In this document: piece by piece, positions 50,261 through 60,670 of the stretch | How the letters are laid out: each line of letters opens with the position of its first letter | How positions within the stretch are numbered: the stretch's first letter is position 1 | Assembly: GCA_965207455.1 (NCBI GenBank) | Contig: CBDBMJ010000001.1 | Span: 160,001 to 224,000 of the forward strand | DNA length: 64,000 nt | Source of the DNA: Bdellovibrionota bacterium | GTDB lineage: Bacteria; Bdellovibrionota; UBA1018; CAIPTA01; JAALKR01 | Reading direction: 5' to 3' | Translations under genes and position numbers: made by a program | Notes under the pieces: generated by a model | What the model was told of the DNA's origin: nothing | Database searches by the model: none | Seen by the model: the letters and a program-made list of their open reading frames with translations, nothing else

Positions 50261-50827
50261 TTATACGGTACAACCCATGGCGCCTATATAGGAGAGACCG
50301 CGGTATCGTTCCGCGTAGTCAAGACCGTAGCCAACGGCAAACTCGTTTTCAATCTGAAAGCCCATAAAATCTATTTCTGGTAAGCGCTTTGTCTTCGGAT
50401 CTGGCCTTACCAATAAACTGCAAATACGAATACTTGCTGGATTTCTTGCGTGCAGGGTCTGTAGTAAAAACTCCACGGTCAGTCCGGAGTCCACGATGTC
50501 TTCCACAATCAAAACATGTTTGTTTTTAATGGGAGCTGTAAGATCTAGGGTGAGTTTGGCTTCACCCGAACTCTTCATCTGCTTTCCATAGCTAGATACC
50601 TCTAAAAACTCACAACTGATGGGAAGGTTTACCTGACGAACCAAATCTGAGAAAAAAACAAAAGAACCCTTTAAAACACAAACCATGGTTAGTTCTGAGT
50701 CTTGGTAAATATCTTCAATTTCTTTCGCTAATTCTCGCACCCGTACCTGTACCTGTTCTTCAGGAATTAGTACCTGTGGGTCGTCTGGGCGTTCAATTAC
50801 CCTGCTTTTATTTGTTGCTTCACTCAC
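50261..50827 (-). CDS. hpt: Hypoxanthine phosphoribosyltransferase
   Basis: VLKGS, VEDIVDSGLT, VGYGLDY. Confidence 0.93.
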   Translation of the reverse strand: MSEATNKSRVIERPDDPQVLIPEEQVQVRVRELAKEIEDIYQDSELTMVCVLKGSFVFFSDLVRQVNLPISCEFLEVSSYGKQMKSSGEAKLTLDLTAPIKNKHVLIVEDIVDSGLTVEFLLQTLHARNPASIRICSLLVRPDPKTKRLPEIDFMGFQIENEFAVGYGLDYAERYRGLSYIGAMGCTV

Positions 50828-50829
50828 TG

Positions 50830-50871
50830 TTGAGCTGTCTCTCCTTTAATTTGAGCTGTCTCTCCTTTAAT
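50830..50871. repeat. 21-bp perfect tandem duplication containing the hpt RBS
   Basis: TTGAGCTGTCTCTCCTTTAAT x2. Confidence 0.9.
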
Positions 50872-50953
50872 TAATGTCAATAAAAATCAATCTGCTTACC
50901 TGTAAACAGGCACTCGCCACTATGATAGAGCCAAAGTGCTAATAATCCAAGGT

Positions 50954-52079
50954 TTACTTGCTGGATTGGGTTTCTTTTTCTTTTGACAAGGCGCACATCA
51001 TAAAAGAATCCAAATCTCCATCCAGAACATCCAGGGCGCTGGAGGTTTCCTCACCTGTGCGGTGGTCCTTTACCAGCTTATAGGGGTGCAGAACGTAGGA
51101 GCGGATTTGACTGCCCCATTCATTGGCCTTTTTATTTGCTTCCACCTGTTCCCGCTCGGCTCGCTCTTTTTCTTGCTGTTGCTCATATAAGCGGGCTCGT
51201 AGCATTTTCATCGCAGTGGCTCGATTCTTATGTTGTGATCTTTCATTTTGACAAGTAACGACAATTCCAGAGGGTTTATGGGTGAGGCGAACCGCACTGT
51301 CCGTTGTGTTTACATGTTGTCCCCCGGCTCCGCTGGCCCGGTATACGTCGATCCTTAGGTCGCCTTCATTGATTTCAATTTCCACATTTTCGTCCACCTC
51401 GGGGTAAATAAAAACAGAGGCAAAGCTTGTGTGTCTTCTTTTATTGGAGTCGAAAGGGGAAATTCGTACTAAGCGATGGACTCCAGATTCTGTTCGTAGG
51501 AGTCCAAAGGCATATTCGCCTTTCACAAACAGCGTGGCACTTTTAATGCCTGCTTCTTCTCCCACGCTGTGTTCTATTAAATTCGAAGAGAAGCCCTTCT
51601 TGTCGCACCAACGTTGGTACATACGCAGTAGCATCTGTGCCCAGTCCTGACTTTCTGTTCCCCCGGAGCCGGAGTTGAGGTTGATATAGGCATTTTTGGT
51701 GTCGCTTTCCTCGCCTAAAAGAACCTTTGTTTTCATATCTTGTAGGCAAGTGTTTATGGATGCTGTTTCTTGGGCCACTTCCTTTACGGAACTTTCGTCC
51801 TCTCCGGACTCCATGACTAAATCAATTAAAATGCGCACGTCCTCTAGGCGTTGTTGTAAGTTTTTCCATTCCTGAACAATGGAATTTAGTCGTCCCTTTT
51901 CTTTTTGAAGTTCACTGGCTCTTTGAGCGTTGGACCAAAAGTTGGGGGAAGCCTCTTCGCTATGGATCTCAGCTAAACGACGCTCTTTTTTTGGAATGTC
52001 AAAGGGACCTCCGCAGATCGCTCAGCACACTTTCCTGTTGGGCGACGGTTTCCTTGGCCAGGCTTAATGAATATTCCAA
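50954..52079 (-). CDS. prfB: Peptide chain release factor 2 (+1 programmed frameshift)
   Basis: SPF and GGQ motifs; TTG start at 52079, 26 codons, then GGAGG-TCC-CTT-TGA-C slippery site at 52012-51998. Confidence 0.95.
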
Positions 52080-52083
52080 CGTT

Positions 52084-52692
52084 CTAACCTCTTAATTCTA
52101 CTTCTAGTGTATGGAGGTACTCCTCAAATTTTTGGAGAAATACTTTTGAGCGACCGGATTGTAGATCTGAGGAATCTTTAAATACTTGGAACATCTCCTT
52201 ATAGTACCAAAAAATTTTATCAGGGGGCTGGGAAAAGATCACCCAAGCGCCGGGGCCTAGAGCTTTTATATCTCGTATAAAGGAGGACAGGTTATGGTAT
52301 TTATCGCATAAAGCAATGAGCTTGGCTTGGTTCGAGGCTTGGGAGACTTGTTGGATATAATCTTGCTTGCGTTCGTCCCAGGTATATTTATTGCCCTTGA
52401 GTTTTTCGCTCACTTCGCTAACTAATGTGGCAATGGCTGGGGAGAATCGGTTCGCTAGTTCGGACTCCTTTACGTCGCAATCCTCTATTACATCGTGGAG
52501 AAGGGCTGCGGCAGCTTGTTCTTCGGATCCACCACATTCCATAACAAATGAAGCCACAGCCATGGGGTGACTAATATAGAGGGCACGATTTCCTTTGCGA
52601 AATTGCTGGCTGTGTTTTTTTGCAGCAAAGGCGAAGGCTTGATCGAGGACGCTTGCCTGAGTGCTATTAGAGGTCGGGTTGTTGTTGGGCAT
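52084..52692 (-). CDS. HD-domain hydrolase (Mesh1/small alarmone hydrolase-like)
   Basis: H..Q.RK, YISHP, LHDVIED, DKYHN. Confidence 0.8.
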   Translation of the reverse strand: MPNNNPTSNSTQASVLDQAFAFAAKKHSQQFRKGNRALYISHPMAVASFVMECGGSEEQAAAALLHDVIEDCDVKESELANRFSPAIATLVSEVSEKLKGNKYTWDERKQDYIQQVSQASNQAKLIALCDKYHNLSSFIRDIKALGPGAWVIFSQPPDKIFWYYKEMFQVFKDSSDLQSGRSKVFLQKFEEYLHTLEVELRG

Positions 52693-54661
52693 GGTTTGTG
52701 GTTGGGCTAGTGGGCTGGGTGTTTGGAGTTTTTGTTTGTATCAATGCTTCTATGGCTGAGGGGTCGGCAAGGGTGCTGGTATCGCCTAAGTCCGTCCATT
52801 CATCTGAGGCAATTTTTTTTAAAATCCGACGCATGATTTTTCCCGATCGAGTTTTTGGTAGAACTGGTGCCCAATGGATATTGTCGGGCGTAGCAATGGG
52901 GCCAATCTCTTTACGAACGTGTTGAATAAGGGTTTGCTTGAAATCGTCGGTATAGGGAGTGGCTTGGTCGAGGGTAACATAGGCGTAAATTCCCTGACCT
53001 TTGATGGGATGGGAAAATCCCACCACCGCAGATTCTGAAACTCCCGGATGGCTTACCAATGCGTTTTCTATTTCTGCTGTTCCGAGGCGGTGACCGCTGA
53101 CATTGATCACGTCGTCCATGCGACCCGTGATCCAGTAATAGCCGTCCTTGTCTCGTCTACAACCGTCGCCAGTAAAATAATAATTATTATACGTAGAAAA
53201 ATAGGTGGCTTCAAAACGCTCATGATCTCCATAAATGGTACGCATTTGTCCGGGCCAAGAAGATTTTATGGCTAAAACACCTTTGCTCTCACCGTCGAGC
53301 TCTTTCCCACTCTCTGGGTCCAACACCACGGGCTGCACTCCAAAAAAAGGTAGGGTGGCAGAGCCGGGTTTGGTGGGAGTAGCCTGGGGTAGGGGTGCAA
53401 TGAGTATGCCTCCTGTTTCTGTCTGCCACCAAGTATCCACCACGGGGCAACGTTTGTCGCCCACAACATCGTGGTACCACTGCCAAGTGCTGGGGTTAAT
53501 GGGCTCCCCCACAGTGGCAAGCAAACGAAGGGAACTGCGCGAGTACCGGGTAACAAATTGATCTCCCTTAGCCTGTAGGGTTCGAATAACAGTGGGTGAA
53601 GTATAAAATAGGCTTACTTGGTGTTTGTCCACCACATCCCAAAAGCGACCAGCGTCCGGCCAAGTGGGAACTCCCTCAAACATAAGGGTAGTGGCCCCAT
53701 TGAGCAAAGGCCCGTAGGCAATATAACTGTGACCAGTAATCCAGCCCATGTCTGCTGTACACCAATGCACATCACTGTCCTTATGGTCGAAAATATATTT
53801 AAACGTGGTGGCCGCATACACCATATACCCACCCACGCTATGGAGTATTCCTTTGGGTTTTCCTGTGGAGCCCGAAGTATAGAGAATAAACAAAGGATCC
53901 TCGGAGTTTAACCACTCCGGCTCGTTGGATAATGGAGTTTGATTCATTTCTTCATGCCACCAGAAGTCTCTGGAGTCTATCATGGCACAAGGGAAATCTT
54001 GTTTCTCTCCTATGCGTTTTACCACGATGAAAGTGTCGATGCTCTGCCCTTGCTGTTCGCTTAACTTTGCAGCCTCGTCGGCAATGGCCTTGAGAGGAAT
54101 GGTTTTATTTTCGCGGAAGGCACCGTCAGCGGTGATAATAGTGGCACAAGAAAGGTCCACCAAACGGTCGCTAAGGGATTGGGCAGAAAAACCACCAAAC
54201 ACGATGGAGTGAATGGCTCCAATGCGAGCGCAAGCTAACGTGGCAATTAAGAGTTCGGGAATCATGGGCATATACAAAGCAATGCGCATGCCTTTTCGTA
54301 TGCCCCTGTTTTTTAGTACGTTGGCAAAACGACAAACCTCTCGATGGAGTTCCTTATAGGTAAGGGTACGACTCTCTCCCGGAGTATTGCCTTCCCATAT
54401 TAGCGCGGTTTTATCTCCCTTAGTTTCCAAGTGTCGGTCCAGACAGTTCACCGTAATATTGGTACTCCCCCCTTGAAACCAATTGACGGAAATGGGACCA
54501 GCGTTGCGGTCATAGTTATACTGACAAACCTTTTCCCATTTTTTCTTCCATTCAAAATTTTCAGCCATGGTGGCCCAAAAGGAATCCGGGTTAGCAATGG
54601 ACTCCTCATAGAGTAACTTGTATTCTCGAAAAAGTTGGGGCTGTGTTTGGTTTTGAGTCAT
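52667..54661 (-). CDS. acs: Acetyl-CoA synthetase
   Basis: [29 protein letters not shown]. Confidence 0.95.
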   Translation of the reverse strand: MTQNQTQPQLFREYKLLYEESIANPDSFWATMAENFEWKKKWEKVCQYNYDRNAGPISVNWFQGGSTNITVNCLDRHLETKGDKTALIWEGNTPGESRTLTYKELHREVCRFANVLKNRGIRKGMRIALYMPMIPELLIATLACARIGAIHSIVFGGFSAQSLSDRLVDLSCATIITADGAFRENKTIPLKAIADEAAKLSEQQGQSIDTFIVVKRIGEKQDFPCAMIDSRDFWWHEEMNQTPLSNEPEWLNSEDPLFILYTSGSTGKPKGILHSVGGYMVYAATTFKYIFDHKDSDVHWCTADMGWITGHSYIAYGPLLNGATTLMFEGVPTWPDAGRFWDVVDKHQVSLFYTSPTVIRTLQAKGDQFVTRYSRSSLRLLATVGEPINPSTWQWYHDVVGDKRCPVVDTWWQTETGGILIAPLPQATPTKPGSATLPFFGVQPVVLDPESGKELDGESKGVLAIKSSWPGQMRTIYGDHERFEATYFSTYNNYYFTGDGCRRDKDGYYWITGRMDDVINVSGHRLGTAEIENALVSHPGVSESAVVGFSHPIKGQGIYAYVTLDQATPYTDDFKQTLIQHVRKEIGPIATPDNIHWAPVLPKTRSGKIMRRILKKIASDEWTDLGDTSTLADPSAIEALIQTKTPNTQPTSPTTNHAQQQPDL

Positions 54662-54744
54662 AAGTCCCTTTTTATCCTAGTAAGGGGCTGGAAGCAAATA
54701 GGATTTTATTTTTCCGTGTATTTTAGTCAACTATTATAAGGATT

Positions 54745-54897
54745 TTGAAAAAGAAAAATATAACGGTGGTAGCGAGCTTGCTAATGATGGCTCTATGTTC
54801 AAATCTTGCTTTAGCAGGCAATGAGACGATAGTGATTCAGTGCATTATATGTGCGACAGGTGACGTTTATTATTTCAAATTAAGCTACCTCAAGTGA
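54745..54897 (+). pseudogene. Truncated 50-aa paralog of 54998-55447
   Basis: TTG start; MKKKNITVVASLLMMALCSNLALAGNETIVIQCIICATGDVYYFKLSYLK*. Confidence 0.75.
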
Positions 54898-54997
54898 AGC
54901 AAACAAATCCTTTTTCCGTGAATTTTAGTCAACAGCTATAAGGATATTAAAAAAGAAATAGCTCATATGGTCAATCTGAGTTACGTTACGGGTCAGC

Positions 54998-55447
54998 ATG
55001 AAAAAGAAAAATATAACGATAGTAGCGAGCCTGCTAATGATGGCTCTATGTTCAAATCTTGCTTTAGCAGGAAATAAGACGTTCGAGTTTAAGTGCGCAA
55101 TGGACGACCTAGATGAAGTCTATTCTTTCAAATTAAGCTATGATGGCCAAGGAGATTTCGAAAAATCATCGAAGGGTTCTGTCCATATCAAACTTGATCA
55201 TGGTCTTAAGTCAAGTACACGAGAAGGATATAAGGCAAATTATAAGAACTGCGATTTTCACTGGCGAGAGTTCACGCTCCTCAGGTTTTGGCTTGGCACA
55301 GGATTTCCTCCTACGCTTATAGATTGTGGGTCAAATGGCGAATTATACATAGGAAATGGCTACATGGATTCTAGGTTTTCTAGCGGTCAAGATACGGGAC
55401 AACAACCCCTTAAATTTTGCTTCGAACGAGGAAGCGATTATCTATGA
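54998..55447 (+). CDS. Secreted orphan protein (four Cys in the mature part)
   Basis: Signal peptide ending ALA. Confidence 0.7.
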   Translation: MKKKNITIVASLLMMALCSNLALAGNKTFEFKCAMDDLDEVYSFKLSYDGQGDFEKSSKGSVHIKLDHGLKSSTREGYKANYKNCDFHWREFTLLRFWLGTGFPPTLIDCGSNGELYIGNGYMDSRFSSGQDTGQQPLKFCFERGSDYL

Positions 55448-55498
55448 TTTCTTCCTAACTACTTCCTTGTTTTCAGGAACTGCGGTATTCTCATTTCC

Positions 55499-55840
55499 AT
55501 GAATAGGTGGTTAGAGTTTACAGAAAAAAATATAATTCATGTGCCTGTGGGCGTATTAGGAGTTTTTCAGCTAGCTCGTGGAGAAAATTGTGTGGCCTAT
55601 GTGGGTAGGGCTGATCGCTCTCTTCGCGACGTGATACAAGAACAGATGAGCAAGGGTTATACCCATTTTCAGTGGGTGTTGGTGCCTTGGACGAAGGAGG
55701 GTTTTGAGATGGAGTGTCGCTTGTACCATAGCCATGGAGGAAGGCGACATTTGGACAACAAAACGCACCCGTTGCCCCCGAGTGGCCTAGCATGGCCCTG
55801 TGAAATCCATTGTGGTCCGGTGGGCGCTTGCCCCGTATAG
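55499..55840 (+). CDS. Small hypothetical protein, GIY-YIG-like
   Basis: GVFQL..YVGRA..E..N pattern. Confidence 0.45.
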   Translation: MNRWLEFTEKNIIHVPVGVLGVFQLARGENCVAYVGRADRSLRDVIQEQMSKGYTHFQWVLVPWTKEGFEMECRLYHSHGGRRHLDNKTHPLPPSGLAWPCEIHCGPVGACPV

Positions 55841-55852
55841 TTTTATACATTT

Positions 55853-56815
55853 ATGAGTGAAAAAAAAGGCAGCCATATACCTGTTTTAATGCGTGAGACG
55901 GTAGATCCTTTGGTGAAAAATGGAGGAGAGAATTATGTGGATGGCACGTTAGGAGGTGGTGGGCACCTCCATTACCTGCTAAGCCTTTTGGCTGCGAGAC
56001 CTTCGGCAAGGGTTTTTGCCATGGACCGAGATGAAGAGGCCGTTGAGCGTGTAAAAGAACGTTTCCGTGTGTTGATCGACGAGGGTCGCTTGGTGATACG
56101 TCAGGGAAATTTCACGGACTTACCCCAGTTTCTAGGTGAATACAATATAGAGTGTGTGAGTGGAGTGCTCCTAGATTTAGGTGTTTCTTCTTTTCAGTTG
56201 GATCAGGGAGAAAGGGGTTTTAGTTTTTCTAAGGATGGTCCTTTGGATATGCGTATGGATAGAACTAGGGGAGTTTCTGCCCAAGAGATTATTGCAAAAT
56301 GGAGTGCAGACGACTTAAAGCGTATTTTTCAGAAGTACGGGGAAGAACGTTATAGTGGACGAGTGGCCCGGAGAATTGTGGAGTACAGGGAAAAAACTCC
56401 CATAGAAACCACTGGGCAATTAACAGGTATTTTGACGAAAGCAGTGCCATCCCGTGGGCCCAAGGGGTACTATAAAATCCATCCTGCCACAAGAGTATTT
56501 CAGGCGTTAAGAATTGCTGTAAACGGAGAATTGGAATCTTTAGAGAAGTTTTTAGAACTTGTACCTGATATACTGGAACCTAACGGGGTTATGTCCATTA
56601 TTTCTTTTCATTCGTTGGAGGATCGTTTGGTAAAGCAGCGTTTTCATCATTTAAGTGCGGATTGTGTTTGTCCTCTTGAAGTGTTGACATGCGATCGTTG
56701 CCATAAGCCCCCGGGGGTATTGCCATCAAAAAAGCTTATCGTGGCAACGAGGGAGGAGATTTTAGAAAACCCTAGAGCTAGGAGCGCTAAGCTTCGGGTT
56801 TTTGTAAAAAATTAA
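55853..56815 (+). CDS. rsmH: 16S rRNA m4C1402 methyltransferase
   Basis: HIPVL, DGTLGGGGH, DLGVSS, LDMRMD, SFHSLED, NPRARSAKLR. Confidence 0.95.
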   Translation: MSEKKGSHIPVLMRETVDPLVKNGGENYVDGTLGGGGHLHYLLSLLAARPSARVFAMDRDEEAVERVKERFRVLIDEGRLVIRQGNFTDLPQFLGEYNIECVSGVLLDLGVSSFQLDQGERGFSFSKDGPLDMRMDRTRGVSAQEIIAKWSADDLKRIFQKYGEERYSGRVARRIVEYREKTPIETTGQLTGILTKAVPSRGPKGYYKIHPATRVFQALRIAVNGELESLEKFLELVPDILEPNGVMSIISFHSLEDRLVKQRFHHLSADCVCPLEVLTCDRCHKPPGVLPSKKLIVATREEILENPRARSAKLRVFVKN

Positions 56816-56830
56816 AGGAGATGGAGAGTT

Positions 56831-57145
56831 TTGGGAACGTACCGGAGATCAAATAATTCTAATCCCATTCGTTTATATACGTTTGTATTTTGTGTAACTC
56901 TGATCACGCTTTTTTTTGTTTGGACTCGATTGCAAAATATACGCCTTCAGCGGGAGATAGCAAAACTCACGAAAGAGGAACATAAGTTGCGATCTCAGAA
57001 TAAAAAGCTTCGTTTGCAGTGGGCGAGCTTGACCTCCCCAGAGAGATTAGAGAAAATTGGAGTAAAGAAGTATAAACTACGCTCACCGAGGGTGGACCAA
57101 GTAATTATTTTACGAGACTCTCAACAAGAGGGGTTAGAAAGGTAA
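56831..57145 (+). CDS. ftsL: Cell division protein FtsL
   Basis: TM plus coiled coil, L.SPERLE; position between rsmH and ftsI. Confidence 0.8.
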   Translation: MGTYRRSNNSNPIRLYTFVFCVTLITLFFVWTRLQNIRLQREIAKLTKEEHKLRSQNKKLRLQWASLTSPERLEKIGVKKYKLRSPRVDQVIILRDSQQEGLER

Positions 57146-57163
57146 GAGAAGAGAGCTCAACAA

Positions 57164-59137
57164 ATGGATAAAAATTTTCGCACTCGTCTTAGTCTTTGTT
57201 TTTTTGTAGTGGCTCTCTTAGGGGTATGTGTGATTGTCCGATCAGGTATGCTCACCCTTATTCCCTCTAAACGTTTAGGGGCAATGATGGCCAAACAGTT
57301 TCGCAATCCTCCCAAGCCTAAGCCGGAGAGAGGTTTAATTTTAGACAGGAATCGGGAACCCCTTGCGGTGAGTTTAATTGTTCGTTCTCTGTATGCCCAC
57401 CCGGATAAAATTATTCACAAAAAAAAGTTATCCAGAGTGTTGGCAAAAATTTTTAAAGCCAGAACGGCGAGCATAAGTAAAAAGATCAGGGGGAAAAAGA
57501 AATTTGTTTGGATAAAGCGTAGGATTAGTAAAAAAGAGGAGGAAGCTATACGTGCTCTATGGAGAAAGGATCCCCGTTTAAGGCTTGCCATTAATTTCAT
57601 CAAAGAGGGAAAACGTTTCTACCCCAACCAGCAACTTGCTTCCCATGTTTTAGGGTTTGTGGGTGTGGAGTCTCAGGGCTTAGAGGGTTTGGAGTATTTA
57701 TATGATAAAAAAATATCGGGTATATCGGGAACATTGTCACAGGGAGAGAGAAAAAATCAAACCCTAGTTCTCACACTGGATAAGAACCTACAGCATGCTG
57801 TGGAAAAAGAATTGCGACAGGGAATAGAGGATGCAGGTGCAAGATCGGGGACGGCTATTGTAATGGACGCATCCACGGGAGATATTCGTGCCATGGCTTC
57901 TTTTCCAACCTATAATCCCAATGACTTCAATCCGAATAAGAGAGAGTTGATGCGCAACCGGGCTATTTCTCAGACCTTTGAGCCGGGATCCACCCTAAAA
58001 TCGTTAGTGGCACTGGCAGCGTTGGAGGAAAGAATTGCTCTTCCTGGGACGAAGTTTTTTTGTGAGATGGGACGTATGAAAGTGGGCAAGCACTGGATAC
58101 GGGAATCTCAGAGCGATCATAAATGGGGTTGGCTTAGTGTGAAGGACATATTGAAATTTTCCAGCAATGTGGGAGCCACCAAGATTGGTTTTCGTTTGGG
58201 TGCAAAGAAGTTGGACCATTGGTTGCGAGTTCAAAAGTTTGGGGTAAAGACGGGAGTGGATCTTCCTGGGGAAGAGAATGGTTTTTTGCGTCCGTATGGA
58301 AAGTGGTCTCAGGTGGCTTTGAGTAATATTTCTTTTGGTCAGGGTTTAAGTGTTACTCCTTTGCAGCTTGTGCGTGCCTATGCCATTATTGCCAATGGAG
58401 GATTTTTAGTGCGACCCAGAATTGTGGAGTATATAGAGGATTCTAGGGGAAAAATACTGGAGAGAATGCCCATAGAGGTTTCCCGGGTGGTTAAGGAATC
58501 CTCGGCGCAACAGATGCAGGAAATGTTGGTGACGGTGACCCAAGAGGGTGGCACGGGTACAAAAGCCAGTATCCCTGGCTTTGAAATTGGAGGAAAAACT
58601 GGCACGGCACAAGTGGCAGAGCGAGGAAAGGGTTATGTAAAGGAAAGATATGTAGCAAGCTTTATAGGTTTTCCACGACGTACAAAATCTAACTTGGTTG
58701 CCCTTGTGGTGATCTGGGATCCAAAGCTTACACAAATATTCGGAGGAGAGGTTGCTGCTCCCATATTTCAAAAAATCATGAGAGTGGCCTTAGCTTTGGA
58801 GGGAGAGCCCAAGAATATGTTGGAGAAAATAGTGCCAAAAAGCCCACCAGAAGTATCAGAGAGAAAGCTAAGAGCTGCAGCTCTAGCAGCCATTCGCACA
58901 GTTCAAAAAACAGTTCAAAAAACAGTCCAGCCCCCTCTCCCCCCAAACTCCTCCCTACGCATGCCCAACCTCCTGGGTTCCAATGCAAGAACTGTCCTAG
59001 ATATCTTTCATAAAAAAAATATACAATTAAAGGTAAGGGGCCATGGCGTGGTGGTGAGACAGTACCCGGCAGCGGGAAGTATTTTTCGTTCGGGAGATAC
59101 TATTTCTGTTACACTTAGTCCTGTGGATACATTGTAG
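57164..59137 (+). CDS. ftsI: Penicillin-binding protein 3 with PASTA domain
   Basis: EPGSTLK (SxxK), SSN, KTG. Confidence 0.92.
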   Translation: MDKNFRTRLSLCFFVVALLGVCVIVRSGMLTLIPSKRLGAMMAKQFRNPPKPKPERGLILDRNREPLAVSLIVRSLYAHPDKIIHKKKLSRVLAKIFKARTASISKKIRGKKKFVWIKRRISKKEEEAIRALWRKDPRLRLAINFIKEGKRFYPNQQLASHVLGFVGVESQGLEGLEYLYDKKISGISGTLSQGERKNQTLVLTLDKNLQHAVEKELRQGIEDAGARSGTAIVMDASTGDIRAMASFPTYNPNDFNPNKRELMRNRAISQTFEPGSTLKSLVALAALEERIALPGTKFFCEMGRMKVGKHWIRESQSDHKWGWLSVKDILKFSSNVGATKIGFRLGAKKLDHWLRVQKFGVKTGVDLPGEENGFLRPYGKWSQVALSNISFGQGLSVTPLQLVRAYAIIANGGFLVRPRIVEYIEDSRGKILERMPIEVSRVVKESSAQQMQEMLVTVTQEGGTGTKASIPGFEIGGKTGTAQVAERGKGYVKERYVASFIGFPRRTKSNLVALVVIWDPKLTQIFGGEVAAPIFQKIMRVALALEGEPKNMLEKIVPKSPPEVSERKLRAAALAAIRTVQKTVQKTVQPPLPPNSSLRMPNLLGSNARTVLDIFHKKNIQLKVRGHGVVVRQYPAAGSIFRSGDTISVTLSPVDTL

Positions 59138-60670
59138 ATGAAATTGCATGATATTTTCCATACTATCGAGATAAAACGTCATTCCCATGATTGGGAGTCC
59201 AATCCTTCTATCAATGCTCTTTCTTTTCATTCTAAAAAGGTGAAAAAGGGAGGATTATTTTTTGCCATTCGTGGTTATGAGGTGGATGGGCATGATTTTT
59301 TAACCCAAGCATTTAAAAATGGTGCGAGTCTTGCGGTGGTGGAAGAGTTGGAAAAAGTAGATAAAGCGTATCAATCCGAATGCATTGTGGTAGAAAATTC
59401 TCGAAAGGTACTTGCCTATGCCAGTGCGAATTTTTTTCGTCATCCCACAAGAGAGTTGACGTTAGTGGGGGTAACGGGCACGAATGGAAAAACTAGTTGT
59501 GTGCATATTTTAGATTCCATTTTCAAAGCTGCGGGACACATAACGGCTTTAATGGGAACAGTTCAGAGTTCGTACTTAGATTATGTGCACCTATCTGATC
59601 ATACCACGAGAGAGTCTCTTGAAATTCAGAGTTTTTTGCGTAAAGCAGTGGATAGTGGTGTGGATATGGCGATCATGGAAATCTCTTCCCATGCGTTGAG
59701 TTTATTTCGAGTGAATGCCTGTGAATTTGATGCTGTCCTATTTACAAATTTAGATTTAGATCACCAGGATTTTTATAAGGGTATAGAGCCATATTTCCAG
59801 GCAAAGCTGGAATTATTTACAAAATTTAACGAGCCGTTTGACGGTGTTCCTTCCAAAAAGAACATTGTGGGCATTAGTAATTTCGATGATACTTATGGCC
59901 GAAGGGTGCTAAAAGAAGCAAACATTCCCATGAAGAGTTTTAGTTTTTTCCGATCGGACGATGGAATACACTATGGAGTTTCTCAATGGAAAATGGATAC
60001 TAGTGGTATGGAGGGAGTTATCAATCGTGATGATGGTTCTCAAATAAAAGTTAAGAGTGCCTTGACCACAACATTTAATTCCATGAATATTCTAGCTTCT
60101 GCTGCCACAGCATCTGTTATGGGTGTATCCAACAGTCATGTTTCTCAGGGTATTGAGGATACAAAAGAACTACCTGGGCGATTATTAAAGGTACCCACCA
60201 CCTTGCCTTACGATGTTTTCATTGATTTCGCCCATAGTGGTACGGCTCTCTATAGTGTATTAAAAGAGCTTCGCGCCATTTGTGTTGGTAAACTTATTGC
60301 TGTTTTTGGTGCGGGTGGAGATAAGGATCCTTTGCGACGGGTTCTTATGGGAGAAGCTTCTGCAAAATTTGCCAACATTGCCATTATAACAACAGATAAT
60401 CCACGCAGAGAAGATCCACAGGAAATTATCGAAGCCATTACCACTTCTTGGAGAGCCTATGCTCGTAAGAATAAACTTCAAGGGGAATTGATCGTGGAAG
60501 CGGATAGGGAGCAAGCCATTCGGCGAGCTATTTTTTTAGCGAAAGAAAAGGATGTTATATGTATTGCGGGTAAGGGTCATGAACGGGTGCAAATCGTTGG
60601 AGACAAGCTAATTCCATTCGACGATAGGGAAGTAGCTGAAAAAGCTTTGAGGGAGTTAGAGAATGTTTAA
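59138..60670 (+). CDS. murE: UDP-MurNAc-tripeptide synthetase (mDAP)
   Basis: GTNGKT, DFAH, DNPR. Confidence 0.92.
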   Translation: MKLHDIFHTIEIKRHSHDWESNPSINALSFHSKKVKKGGLFFAIRGYEVDGHDFLTQAFKNGASLAVVEELEKVDKAYQSECIVVENSRKVLAYASANFFRHPTRELTLVGVTGTNGKTSCVHILDSIFKAAGHITALMGTVQSSYLDYVHLSDHTTRESLEIQSFLRKAVDSGVDMAIMEISSHALSLFRVNACEFDAVLFTNLDLDHQDFYKGIEPYFQAKLELFTKFNEPFDGVPSKKNIVGISNFDDTYGRRVLKEANIPMKSFSFFRSDDGIHYGVSQWKMDTSGMEGVINRDDGSQIKVKSALTTTFNSMNILASAATASVMGVSNSHVSQGIEDTKELPGRLLKVPTTLPYDVFIDFAHSGTALYSVLKELRAICVGKLIAVFGAGGDKDPLRRVLMGEASAKFANIAIITTDNPRREDPQEIIEAITTSWRAYARKNKLQGELIVEADREQAIRRAIFLAKEKDVICIAGKGHERVQIVGDKLIPFDDREVAEKALRELENV

